Of a stretch of 63,238 nucleotides of DNA, positions 26,126 through 34,778 are shown piece after piece. Each line of letters starts with the position of its first letter. The first letter of the stretch is position 1. The DNA comes from Solirubrobacterales bacterium (GTDB taxonomy: Bacteria; Actinomycetota; Thermoleophilia; Solirubrobacterales; 70-9), in the NCBI GenBank assembly GCA_035707825.1, contig DASSTR010000046.1, positions 1 through 63,238 of the forward strand. Reading direction: 5' to 3'. The position numbers were made by a program, and so were the translations under genes. The notes under the pieces are model-generated. The model ran no database searches and was not told the DNA's origin. It worked only from the letters and a program-made list of their open reading frames with translations.

Positions 26126-26867
26126 GAGCTGCCGCCGCTGGCGCGAGTCGCTGGGCGCCTACGCGCTCGACCGCCTCGAGGCCGGCGAGCGCGCCGGGGT
26201 CGAGGCCCACCTCGAGGGCTGCGCCGAGTGCCGGGCCGAGCTGGCTTCGCTGACCTCCATCGCCACCCTGCTGCCGCTGGCGGATCCCGCTCGCTTCGAC
26301 ACCGTCCCGGCGCCCCCGAGCGGGCTCGGCGACCGGATCGCGGCCGCGGTGGCGGCCGAGCAGAAGACGGTGAAGCGGCGGCGCTGGCGCCTCGGCCTCT
26401 CCCTCGGCGGCGCCACTGCCGCCGTCGCCGCGGCGCTGCTGGCGTTCGTCATCCTGCCCGGAGGGGGCGGAGAGGGGCCCGAGCAACACGTCTCCTTCGC
26501 CTCGCTTCCGCCGGGAATGAAGATCGGCGCGACGCTGAAGCCGCACTCCTTCGGCACCGAGATCCACGTCTACGTGAAGGGGGTCCGCTCGGGCACGCTC
26601 TGCCGTGTCTCCCTGCGAAGGCCCGATGGCACCGCTCTCTCGGCGGGCTCGTTCCGCTACCGCTGGGATGAAGACGACAGCGCCGTGCTCAGCTCGGCGC
26701 TCGACCTCTCCAGCACGGCGGCGGTCGCGATCAAGGTCGGCAAGCGCACCTTCGTCGCCCCGGTCGACCACACACCGGCCGCCGGCGGCTCGCCATCCGC
26801 GAGTGCCGGCTCCCTGGTGGCAGCCCCCTTGTCCCCCCAACCCCCGAGAGCAGAGGAGAAGACATGA
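26112..26867 (+). CDS. Anti-sigma factor (zf-HC2 type, single-pass membrane)
   Basis: ORF track. HLEGCAECRAEL is the HxxxCxxC motif. TM helix LGLSLGGATAAVAAALLAFVIL. It overlaps the sigma gene by 14 nt. Confidence 0.8.
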   Translation: MKKAESCRRWRESLGAYALDRLEAGERAGVEAHLEGCAECRAELASLTSIATLLPLADPARFDTVPAPPSGLGDRIAAAVAAEQKTVKRRRWRLGLSLGGATAAVAAALLAFVILPGGGGEGPEQHVSFASLPPGMKIGATLKPHSFGTEIHVYVKGVRSGTLCRVSLRRPDGTALSAGSFRYRWDEDDSAVLSSALDLSSTAAVAIKVGKRTFVAPVDHTPAAGGSPSASAGSLVAAPLSPQPPRAEEKT

Positions 26868-27424
26868 ACAGAGGCCTCACCGCCCTACCCAAGATCGCCG
26901 CCGCGCTGGCGGTCGCGATCCTGGTCGCCGCCGTGGCCGGCTGCGGCAGCAGCGACTCCGAATCGGAAGGCACCGGCGCCTATGGCGGTGGCGGCAGCCC
27001 GGCCGGCGAAGCTTCCAGCGGCTCCGCGAAGGCGGCCGCGGGCACGGCGACCTCCCGGGGAAGCGCGATCGTCACCTCGGCGAGCGTCCCGAAGCTGGGC
27101 CGGGTGCTCGTCGACTCCCGCGGCTTCACGCTCTACGACTTCCACAAAGACAAGGGCGCCAAGTCCGCCTGCTACGGAGCCTGCGCCGCAAACTGGCCGC
27201 CCCTCACCACGGAAGGATCGCCTGGGGCCGGCGAAGGGGCGATGGCGTCGAAGCTCGGCACCACCAAGCGCAGCGACGGCACGATGCAGGTGACCTACGC
27301 CGGTCATCCGCTCTACACGTACGCCGGCGACAGCAAGCCCGGCGAAGCGAACGGCAACGACGTCGACGCCTTCGGAGGCCAGTGGTACGCGCTGCAGCCG
27401 AACGGGCAGGAGCCCGAGGACTGA
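26864..27424 (+). CDS. Lipoprotein of the COG4315 / secreted-repeat (PF03640-like) type
   Basis: ORF track. Lipobox LVAAVAGCGS. Segments LVDSRGFTLYDFHKDKG...CYGACAANWPPL and HPLYTYAGDSKPGEANGN. There is a 4-nt overlap with the anti-sigma gene. Confidence 0.75.
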   Translation: MNRGLTALPKIAAALAVAILVAAVAGCGSSDSESEGTGAYGGGGSPAGEASSGSAKAAAGTATSRGSAIVTSASVPKLGRVLVDSRGFTLYDFHKDKGAKSACYGACAANWPPLTTEGSPGAGEGAMASKLGTTKRSDGTMQVTYAGHPLYTYAGDSKPGEANGNDVDAFGGQWYALQPNGQEPED

Positions 27425-27434
27425 GTATCTGGGG

Positions 27435-27490
27435 CGCCGGGGCCAATCGGGTACTGCGTGACGGATGTCACGCAGTCAGAGGCCCCGGCG
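27435..27490 (+). terminator. Nested long hairpin (10-bp outer and 9-bp inner perfect stems) without a U-tract
   Basis: Outer stem CGCCGGGGCC (27435-27444) pairs with GGCCCCGGCG (27481-27490). Inner stem CTGCGTGAC (27454-27462) pairs with GTCACGCAG (27467-27475). It starts 11 nt after the lipoprotein stop. Confidence 0.4.
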
Positions 27491-27539
27491 TTCGAATCTT
27501 GACCAGCGGGTATGCGGGAATCCCCTGCCCGACGCTCCT

Positions 27540-27977
27540 ATGCAAAGTCTGACTTCTAAAGTGTCAACTGTGACGCAGCGACCTCTGGAGCTGATCCTCG
27601 CCCGCAACCTGATGTCGGCCCTCTCGACGCCGGCCTTCCTCGTCGACGAGGGCGGGCTGCTCGTCTTCTACAACGAGGCGGCCGGCATCCTGCTCGGCAA
27701 ACGCTTCGAGGAACTCGGCACGGTCGGCCCCGAAGAGTGGGGCTCGATGTTCGGGCCCTTCGACACGCAGGGCGAGCCGATCCCCTACGACGAGCTGCCG
27801 CTTGTCGTGGCGGTGCGCAACGGGCGCCCCGCCCACGGCAACTTCGAAGTCCGCTCGACGGACGGGGCGCTGCACTCGGTCGAGGTCTCCGCCTTCCCGA
27901 TCCTCACCGCGCACGGCTCGCAGGGAGCGATCGCGGTGTTCTGGCCCTCGGCGTCCGAGAACGGGACGGGCAGCTGA
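27540..27977 (+). CDS. Stand-alone PAS-domain protein
   Basis: ORF-track frame 27465..27977. I chose the internal ATG at 27540. AFLVDEGGLLVFYNEAAGILLGKRF...FEVRSTDGALHSVEVSAFPI follows the PAS-fold pattern. The start is uncertain. Confidence 0.6.
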   Translation: MQSLTSKVSTVTQRPLELILARNLMSALSTPAFLVDEGGLLVFYNEAAGILLGKRFEELGTVGPEEWGSMFGPFDTQGEPIPYDELPLVVAVRNGRPAHGNFEVRSTDGALHSVEVSAFPILTAHGSQGAIAVFWPSASENGTGS

Positions 27978-27978
27978 G

Positions 27979-28872
27979 ATGAAGGTCCGGCTCTGGGGAA
28001 CGCGCGGCTCGATCCCCTCCCCCGGGCCGGAGACGATCCGCTACGGAGGCAACACCTCCTGTGTGGGCGTGACCCTCTCCGACGGCTCGCTGCTGGCCCT
28101 CGACGCCGGCACCGGCATCCGCAGCCTCGGGCTCGAGCTCGCCGCCGAACCCACCCGGCTCCACATCCTCCTCACCCATCTGCACCTCGACCACATCCAG
28201 GGGCTGGTCTTCTTCGCGCCGGCGTTCCGGGCCCAGACCGAGATCGTGATCTGGGGCCCCTCCTCTCCGGAGGCGTCGCTGCGCGATCGCATCGCCCGCT
28301 ACATCTCCGCCCCGCTCTCGCCGGTCGAGGTCCGCGAGCTGCCCTGCGACGTCTCCTTCCGCCACTGCCCGGAGACCGAGTGGGAGATCGGCCCGGCCCG
28401 GATTCGCGCCGCCTCGGTCGCGCACCGCGGCCCCACGCTCGGCTACCGCATCGACGACGGCGAGAGCTCGCTCGCCTACATCCCCGACCACGAGCCGGCG
28501 CTGGGCGCCGACATCGACGCCCTCGACGAGGACTGGATCTCCGGCTTCGCGCTGGCGCACGACGCGACGATGCTGATCCACGACGGCCAGTACGCCGACG
28601 ACGAGTACCCCGACCACATCGGCTGGGGACATTCCTCGCTCTCACACGCGCTCTCCTTCGCCCGGCGAACGGCCGCCGAGCGCACCCTGCTCTTCCATCA
28701 CGACCCGCTGCATTCCGACGAGCGCCTCGACCGGCTCGGTCGCGAAGCAGAGGAGCGCTGGGCGGCCCTTGGAGGCGCCGCGGGGACTGTCGAGCTCGGT
28801 CGCGAGGGCGCCGAGTACGAGCTGGCGGCCCACGCTCCCAGCGCTCCCAGCAGCAGTACGGCGACGCTCTAA
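27979..28872 (+). CDS. MBL-fold metallo-hydrolase (Lactamase_B_2 type, class-II phosphodiesterase-like)
   Basis: Lower part of ORF-track frame 27802..28872. The ATG at 27979 lies 1 nt after the PAS stop. Starts MKVRLWGTRGSIPSPGPETIRYGGNTSC. Metal motif LLTHLHLDHIQG (HxHxDH). Confidence 0.8.
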   Translation: MKVRLWGTRGSIPSPGPETIRYGGNTSCVGVTLSDGSLLALDAGTGIRSLGLELAAEPTRLHILLTHLHLDHIQGLVFFAPAFRAQTEIVIWGPSSPEASLRDRIARYISAPLSPVEVRELPCDVSFRHCPETEWEIGPARIRAASVAHRGPTLGYRIDDGESSLAYIPDHEPALGADIDALDEDWISGFALAHDATMLIHDGQYADDEYPDHIGWGHSSLSHALSFARRTAAERTLLFHHDPLHSDERLDRLGREAEERWAALGGAAGTVELGREGAEYELAAHAPSAPSSSTATL

Positions 28873-28940
28873 GCGGGCCTCCACGGCGGCCATGCGGTGG
28901 AGCGGAGCGGGCGGGCGGCCCTGCTCGCTACCCTGCCGCA

Positions 28941-29555
28941 ATGGTGGAGTCCCCCCGCATAGACGCTGCGGTCGAACGATCCAGTCTGGTGCGCGAAGCG
29001 CTCGAAATCGCGCGGCGCGCGCACTTCGGCCAGATCCGCAGCGGCAGCAACGGCCGCCCCTACATCGAGCACCCGATCGCGGTGGCCGAGCTCCTCGCCG
29101 AACAGGAATATTCCGAGGCGGTGCTGGCGGCGGCGCTGCTCCACGATGTGGTCGAGGACACCGACCTGACCGTCGAGGATCTTCGCGAGCGCGTCGGCGA
29201 TCAGGTCGCGGAGCTGGTCGAGGTGCTCAGCGACGACCCCTCGATCGAGTCCTACGAGGAGCGCAAGCGCGAGCACCGGGATCGCATCGCGGCAGCCGAC
29301 GACGATGCGCGGGCCATCTTCGCCGCCGACAAGCTGGCCAACGTGAAGATGCTGCGGATCGCCTACCAGGCGCGGGGCGAGGACATCGCCGAGGAGCTCA
29401 AGGTCCCGCTCGACGAAAAGATCAAGATCTGGGAACAGGACCTCGAGAAACTCCTCGAGGGCACCCCCGACGCGGCCCTGGTCACCGATCTCGGCGCCGA
29501 GCTGGCCGGCCTCGCCGGCGACCGGGTTACTCGGGCCCGCTCTTCTTCGACCTGA
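28941..29555 (+). CDS. HD-domain hydrolase of the RelA/SpoT hydrolase type (small alarmone hydrolase-like)
   Basis: Lower part of ORF-track frame 28380..29555, ATG at 28941. Segments ARRAHFGQIRSGSNGRPYIEHPIAVAELL and AALLHDVVEDT. Confidence 0.8.
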   Translation: MVESPRIDAAVERSSLVREALEIARRAHFGQIRSGSNGRPYIEHPIAVAELLAEQEYSEAVLAAALLHDVVEDTDLTVEDLRERVGDQVAELVEVLSDDPSIESYEERKREHRDRIAAADDDARAIFAADKLANVKMLRIAYQARGEDIAEELKVPLDEKIKIWEQDLEKLLEGTPDAALVTDLGAELAGLAGDRVTRARSSST

Positions 29556-30009
29556 AGCGCCGCCGCAGCGGCAGCGCGTACCAGAACATGACGAAGACGG
29601 CGAGCGCGATCGCGGCCGTGATCGCCGTCGCGACCGGCCCGTAGAGGACGTCGGTGATCAGCGTGATCGCGCCGGTCATAGCGAGCGCCAAGAAGGCGAG
29701 GCCGGCGATCGCCAGCTTGTTGGCGAGGAAGATGAGGTGGTCCTTCTGCTGCATGCGGAAGGTCATGCGGTGGTAGGCGGAGGGCGAGATCAGCAACACC
29801 GCCGAGAGCGCGGTCAGCAACAGGGTCGCGAAGTAGACCTTCTCCTGGAAGGGGGTGATTTTTGTGAAGTTCTGCTGGAACGGGACCGCGAGCAGGAAGG
29901 CGAAGAGGACCTGGACGCCGGGCAGCGCCACCCGCAGCTCCTGCAACAACTCGCCGAGGTTGCGGTCGAGACGCTCCCCCTCACTCTCCTGTCTCCCCGA
30001 ATCCGCCAT
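29527..30009 (-). CDS. Hypothetical membrane protein (DUF6328-like)
   Basis: ORF track. LQELRVALPGVQVLFAFLLAVPF plus 3 TM helices. Its 3' end overlaps the convergent HD gene by 29 nt. Confidence 0.6.
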   Translation of the reverse strand: MADSGRQESEGERLDRNLGELLQELRVALPGVQVLFAFLLAVPFQQNFTKITPFQEKVYFATLLLTALSAVLLISPSAYHRMTFRMQQKDHLIFLANKLAIAGLAFLALAMTGAITLITDVLYGPVATAITAAIALAVFVMFWYALPLRRRFRSKKSGPE

Positions 30010-30071
30010 GACTGGACGATAGGAATACTCCCCCCCGCCATCGCGGTCAAACCTCGGCGTAGGATCGCGCG

Positions 30072-30779
30072 ATGGGAAGGCTCGCGATCGTCCTCGGCAG
30101 CGGCGCCTACGGCGCTCGCGGCGAAACGGTCGCCGGGGCCGTGGCCGCGCAGGACGGCGAGACAGTCGCCGGGGCAGCCGGCGCGCAGGGGGTCGTGATC
30201 CGCCAGCGCCACGACGGCGACGGGTACCGGCTGCCGCACCGCATCGACCACGCCGCCAACCTCCGCTCGCTGGTCGAGGCCGGCTGCGACCGGGCGATCG
30301 GCTTCAGCTCGGTCGGCTCGCTGAAGGAGGCGCTCGGCGTCGGCAGCTTCGTCTGCCCCGAGGACTTCATCGCTCCGCAGGCCAACGAGTCGATCTTCGA
30401 GGACGCCCGCGGCCACATGGTCCCGGGCTTCGACAGCGATTGGCGCGCGCGGGTCATCTCCACCTGGCCGCGGGAGGGGCCCGAGCTGCGCGACGGAGGC
30501 GTCTACTGGCAGACGCGGGGACCGCGCTTCGAGACTCCCGCCGAGGTGCGGCTGCTCGCCGCCCATGCCGACGTGGTCGGGATGACGATCGCCTCCGAGG
30601 CCATCGCCGCGCGCGAGCTCGGCATCCCCTATGCGGCGATCTGCGTCGTCGACAACCTCGCCAACGGCATCGGCCCGAGTCCGCTGACAGTCGATGAGAT
30701 CGAAGGGGTGCGCGACGTCAACGCCGTCCGCCTGCGCGGCGTCCTGGCGGAGCTGCTGCCCGCCCTGGCCGAGGCATGA
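30072..30779 (+). CDS. MTAP-family nucleoside phosphorylase (methylthioadenosine/methylthioinosine phosphorylase-like)
   Basis: ORF track. Segments LAIVLGSGAYG and WQTRGPRFETPAEVRLLAAHADVVGMTIASEAIAARELGIPYAAICVVDN. It contains an in-frame 12-aa tandem duplication (30120-30191). Confidence 0.8.
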   Translation: MGRLAIVLGSGAYGARGETVAGAVAAQDGETVAGAAGAQGVVIRQRHDGDGYRLPHRIDHAANLRSLVEAGCDRAIGFSSVGSLKEALGVGSFVCPEDFIAPQANESIFEDARGHMVPGFDSDWRARVISTWPREGPELRDGGVYWQTRGPRFETPAEVRLLAAHADVVGMTIASEAIAARELGIPYAAICVVDNLANGIGPSPLTVDEIEGVRDVNAVRLRGVLAELLPALAEA

Positions 30780-30789
30780 GCGCAGGAAT

Positions 30790-32082
30790 ATGAGCGCGGC
30801 GTCGATGGAAGCAGGGCGCGCCGGCAGCGAGGCGGCGGCGCTTACCGTCGTCAACGCCTCGCTGGACGGCGAGACGGTGGGCCTGCGCTGCGAGGACGGA
30901 GGGATCGCCGCGCTGGGACCGGATGTCGCGCCGCGGCCGGGTGAGGAGACGATCGACGCCGGCGGGGCGCCGCTCGTCCCGCCGCTTCTCAACGCCCACA
31001 CCCACGCCGCGATGACCCTCTTCCGCGGCTACGGCGGCGACCTGCCCCTGATGCGCTGGCTGCGGGAGAAGGTCTGGCCCGTCGAGGCAAAGCTCGAGGG
31101 CGCAGACGTCTACTGGGGAACGCGGCTGGCCTGCCTGGAGATGACCCGCACCGGCACGGCGCGCTTCTGGGACATGTACTGGCACCCCGAGGAAACCGCC
31201 CGTGCCGTCCTCGACGCGGGCCTGCGGGCAACGGTCGGCGCTCCCCTCTTCGACGCCGACGGCAATTCCGAGCGCCTGCGGGAGACGGCCCGCGACAGCA
31301 TCGAAGCACTGCTGGAGCTGGACGAGGGCAGTGTCGCCGCGGCCCTCACCCCGCACGCGATCTACACGGTCAGCGAAGAGTCGCTGCGCTGGACGGCGGA
31401 GCTGGCGGCCTCGAAGGGCCTGCCGGTCCACATCCACCTCTCCGAGACGACCAAAGAGGTCGATGACTGCCTGGCAGAGCACGGTGTCCGCCCCGCCGCC
31501 TACCTCGACAGGCTGGGCCTGCTGAGCGAGCGCACGATGCTGGCGCACGGCGTCTGGCTCGATCGCGAGGAGCTGGAGCTGATCGCCGAGCGCGGCTGCA
31601 CAGTCGCCGCCTGTCCCGTCGCCAACATGAAGCTCGCCGTCGGCGGCGTGCTGCCCTATCCGGCGGCTCGCGGGGCAGGGGTCGCGGTTGGCCTCGGCAC
31701 CGATGGAGCCGGGTCAAACGACTCGCTCGACCTCTTCTCCGACCTCAAGGCCTTTGCCCTGACGCAGCGCCACGCTGCCGAAGACGCCACCGTCCTACCC
31801 GCCGCCGAGGCCTGGGAAGTCGCAACCGGAGCCAGAGCTCCCCTGCTCGGCGGCACGCCGCTGGCCGTTGGCGCACCCGCCGACTTCCTGCTGCTGCGAC
31901 CCGGCGCCTACGAGATCGGCGTCGGCGATCTCGCCGCCGATCTGGTCTACGCGGCCAGCGGCTCGATCGTCGACACCACGGTCGTCGCCGGCCGGGTGCT
32001 GATGCGCGGCGGCGAGGTGCCGGACGCGGCGGAGATAGTCGCCCGGGCGGCTGAGCGGGCGTCCAGGCTGGGCATCGGCTAG
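30790..32082 (+). CDS. Amidohydrolase (MtaD-like 5-methylthioadenosine/S-adenosylhomocysteine deaminase)
   Basis: Lower part of ORF-track frame 30694..32082, ATG at 30790. Segments LNAHTHAAMTLFRGYGGDLPLMRWLREKVWPVE, VHIHLSET and GLGTDGAGSNDSLD. Confidence 0.85.
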   Translation: MSAASMEAGRAGSEAAALTVVNASLDGETVGLRCEDGGIAALGPDVAPRPGEETIDAGGAPLVPPLLNAHTHAAMTLFRGYGGDLPLMRWLREKVWPVEAKLEGADVYWGTRLACLEMTRTGTARFWDMYWHPEETARAVLDAGLRATVGAPLFDADGNSERLRETARDSIEALLELDEGSVAAALTPHAIYTVSEESLRWTAELAASKGLPVHIHLSETTKEVDDCLAEHGVRPAAYLDRLGLLSERTMLAHGVWLDREELELIAERGCTVAACPVANMKLAVGGVLPYPAARGAGVAVGLGTDGAGSNDSLDLFSDLKAFALTQRHAAEDATVLPAAEAWEVATGARAPLLGGTPLAVGAPADFLLLRPGAYEIGVGDLAADLVYAASGSIVDTTVVAGRVLMRGGEVPDAAEIVARAAERASRLGIG

Positions 32083-32103
32083 CACCCGCCGATTCCCGAC
32101 AGC

Positions 32104-33339
32104 TCAGGCTGCGGCCGCGTCAGCGGCCGGACGAGCCTGGACCTGCGAGAGCAGGAAGTAGCCGCCCCAGGCGGCCGAGAAGCCGGCCGCGGCGGCGAGC
32201 AGCAGCGCCGCGCGGGGGTCGAAGGCTTCCGAGAGCAGGCCCGCCAGCGGCCCGCCGATCGGCGTGGAGCCGAGGAGGACGACCGAGTAGAGGGCCATCA
32301 CGCGGCCCCGCATCTGCGGCTCGACGGCCAGCTGCAGGGAGGAGTTGATCGCAGCCGCGAAGGTCACGGCCGAGCCGCCGAGCAGGGCCAGGACGGGGAT
32401 CTCCAGGGCCAGGCTGGGCATCGCCGCCGCCATCAGCGCCAGCACCCCGAAGGCCAGCGCCGCGCCGGCGATCAGCCTCGCGTCGGTCCGCCCGTGGGCT
32501 CCCGTCGCCAGGGCGCCGACCACCGAGCCGGCCCCCATCGCCGAGACGAGCGCCGCATAGGCGGAGGGCCCGCCGTCGAAGCTGAAGCGCGCCAGCAGCG
32601 GCAGGATGACCTGGAAGTTCAGCCCCAGCGTTCCGACCAGGGCCATCAGCGCCAGCGGCACGCCCAGCTCGGGGGTGGCGCGCACGTAGCGCAGAGCGTC
32701 CCTGACGGCGCCGCGCTGAGGCTGCGCGCGAGGGGGCGATTCGAGCGCCGCCGGCTCCATGCGCCAGAGCGCCACGATCATCGCCGCGAAGGTGAGCGTG
32801 TTGAGCGCGAAGCAGGGCTCGACGCCGACGGCGACGATCAGCAGGCCGGCGATCGACGGCCCGACCAGCCGCGCCGAATGGACGAGGACGCTGTTGAGGC
32901 TGATCGCGTTGACGACCCGGTCGGGCCCGACCATCTCGATCGCGAAGCTCTGCCTGGTGGGGTTGTCGACGGCGTTGACGGTGCCGCGGACGAAGACCAG
33001 GGCGAAGACCATCCAGGTCTCGACGAGACCGCCGGCGACGATCGCGAACATCGCCAGGGCGGGCAGCGCCATCGCCGCCTGGGTGACCATCAGCAGGCGA
33101 CGCTTCGAGAAGCGGTCGGCCAGCAGGCCTCCCCAGGCCCCGAAGAGGAGGATGGGAAGGAACTGCAGCGCCGTCACCATGCCGACCGCGACGCCGCTGT
33201 GGGTGAGTTCGAGGACCAGCCAGACCTCGGCCACCATCTGCATCCAGTTGCCCGACAGCGAGACGACCTGGCCGGCGAAGTAGCGCCGGTAGTTGGGGAC
33301 CGAGAGCGAGTCGAAGCTGCGCCGAACCGCGGCGCTCAT
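32104..33339 (-). CDS. MFS transporter (EntS/DUF894-like)
   Basis: ORF track. About 12 TM helices. Segment NYRRYFAGQVVSLSGNWMQMVA...GGLLADRFSKRR. ATGA overlap with marR. Confidence 0.85.
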   Translation of the reverse strand: MSAAVRRSFDSLSVPNYRRYFAGQVVSLSGNWMQMVAEVWLVLELTHSGVAVGMVTALQFLPILLFGAWGGLLADRFSKRRLLMVTQAAMALPALAMFAIVAGGLVETWMVFALVFVRGTVNAVDNPTRQSFAIEMVGPDRVVNAISLNSVLVHSARLVGPSIAGLLIVAVGVEPCFALNTLTFAAMIVALWRMEPAALESPPRAQPQRGAVRDALRYVRATPELGVPLALMALVGTLGLNFQVILPLLARFSFDGGPSAYAALVSAMGAGSVVGALATGAHGRTDARLIAGAALAFGVLALMAAAMPSLALEIPVLALLGGSAVTFAAAINSSLQLAVEPQMRGRVMALYSVVLLGSTPIGGPLAGLLSEAFDPRAALLLAAAAGFSAAWGGYFLLSQVQARPAADAAAA

Positions 33340-33872
33340 TGCGGGCCGCCGGGCTTCGGCCCCCGGGGCGGCTCGGCGGGCTTCGGCCTCCGGCGCGGCC
33401 CGGCCGAATCGGCTTGCCGGGGCCCCTCGAGGATGCCCTCGAGGATCTCGGCCGCCCGCTCCAGGGTCCGTAGGTCGGAGTCCGGCAGGTCGCGCATCCG
33501 GCGCGCCAGATAGGCGTTCTTGCGGCCGCGCAGGCGCCGCAGCCTCTCCCTGCCTGCGGCGTTGACGCTGACCAGGGAGCTGCGGCCGTCGGCCGGGTCG
33601 GGCGTGCGATCCACGAGGCCCGCCTCGAGGAGGACCCGCAGGACCCGGGTCGCGGTCGGCCGCCGGACCCGCTCGATATCGGCCAGCTCGCTGGGGGTCA
33701 GCGGCCCGTGCCGCTCGATCGTGGCGAGCGCGGACGCGCTGGTCGGCGTCAGGTCCATCCCCCCGGCCGCCGCGCCCTCCTGGCGCAGGCGGCGAGCCGT
33801 GCGCACGATCGCCATCCGCAGCCTCGCGGCTGCTTCGAGAGTGGTGTCGGTCGCCGTCTTGGTCTTGGACAT
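33336..33872 (-). CDS. MarR-family transcriptional regulator
   Basis: ORF track. TPTSASALATIERHGPLTPSELADIERVRRPTATRVLRVLLEAGLVDRTPDPADGR is a wHTH. Confidence 0.85.
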   Translation of the reverse strand: MSKTKTATDTTLEAAARLRMAIVRTARRLRQEGAAAGGMDLTPTSASALATIERHGPLTPSELADIERVRRPTATRVLRVLLEAGLVDRTPDPADGRSSLVSVNAAGRERLRRLRGRKNAYLARRMRDLPDSDLRTLERAAEILEGILEGPRQADSAGPRRRPKPAEPPRGPKPGGPQ

Positions 33873-33925
33873 TGCTTAGCCTTGATAATTAGTTTAGCAA
33901 ACTATCTTGGCAGCGATTGCCCACG
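33873..33925. promoter_or_regulatory. AT-rich divergent promoter/operator region between marR and the channel gene
   Basis: The sequence ttgcttagccttgataattagtttagcaaactatcttgg has locally low GC. It contains TTGATA and TTGCTA -35-like hexamers on opposite strands and partial dyads (TTGCTxA / TxAGCAA). Confidence 0.35.
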
Positions 33926-33962
33926 GGTAGGGCCGGCGGGCGGTGGGTCGAATCAGACCCGG

Positions 33963-34763
33963 ATGGAGGCAACGGACACGGTCGAGTCCCGGACCTATGA
34001 GCCGGGCATGGACGCGCGCAGCACCCGCGTCGCCGAAGCGCTCAGCACGCCGCTGCTGATCGCCGCCGCGCTGACGCTGCCGATGGTGGCGATCAGCGAG
34101 TCGCAGCCCGGCGGCCTGCTGGAGGACGTCGCCCGCATCCTCAACTGGGGCACCTGGATGGCCTTCGCGGTCGAGCTCGTGGTGATGCTGGCCGTCGTGC
34201 CGGATCGCCGGGCCTGGCTCCGCAACAACCCACTCGACCTGATCATCGTCTTCCTCACCCCGCCGGTGCTTCCCGCCAGCATGCAGGGCCTCCGCGTGCT
34301 GCGCCTGCTTCGCCTTCTGCGCCTGCTTCGCCTCGCCCAGCTCTCCCGCCAGGTGTTCTCCCTGAAGGGCCTGCACTACGCGATGCTGCTGGCGCTGCTG
34401 AGCGCCATCGGCGGCGGAGCGCTCTTCGTCGGGCTCGAGCAGAAACAGCACCTCGACGGCTGGGACGGCATCTACTGGTCGGTGACCACGATGACCACCC
34501 TCGGGTCCAACATCTATCCGACGACGACCGGCGGCGAGATCGTCTCGGTGGCGATGCTGATCGTCGGCATCGGCTTCGTCGCCCTGCTCACCGGCGCCTT
34601 CGCGCAGCGCTTCCTCGGGCCCGAGATCGCCGCCGTCGAGGCCGAGCTGGAGGCGGAGCAGCTCTCCGCGGAGGCGGTGGCGCTGCGTGAGCTGCACAAC
34701 GTGCGCGAGCAACTCGAGGCGCTGGAGATCGCGATCGAGCGGATCGTCGACGAGCGCGCCTGA
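33963..34763 (+). CDS. Voltage-sensor-like ion channel (Ion_trans family) with a non-canonical pore signature
   Basis: Lower part of ORF-track frame 33708..34763, ATG at 33963. S4-like LRVLRLLRLLRLLRLAQLSR. Pore segment YWSVTTMTTLGSNIYP, where GSN replaces GYG. C-terminal coiled coil. Confidence 0.8.
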   Translation: MEATDTVESRTYEPGMDARSTRVAEALSTPLLIAAALTLPMVAISESQPGGLLEDVARILNWGTWMAFAVELVVMLAVVPDRRAWLRNNPLDLIIVFLTPPVLPASMQGLRVLRLLRLLRLLRLAQLSRQVFSLKGLHYAMLLALLSAIGGGALFVGLEQKQHLDGWDGIYWSVTTMTTLGSNIYPTTTGGEIVSVAMLIVGIGFVALLTGAFAQRFLGPEIAAVEAELEAEQLSAEAVALRELHNVREQLEALEIAIERIVDERA

Positions 34764-34778
34764 GCGATACTGCGCTCA

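Noticed and set aside
27476-27500. A tRNA-like T-loop string GGCGTTCGAATC, which could indicate a tRNA gene or an integration-site remnant.
   Set aside because: No complementary T-stem 3' half, acceptor stem or anticodon arm can be drawn. The G-rich segment instead pairs with 27435-27444 as the outer stem of a long hairpin after the lipoprotein gene.
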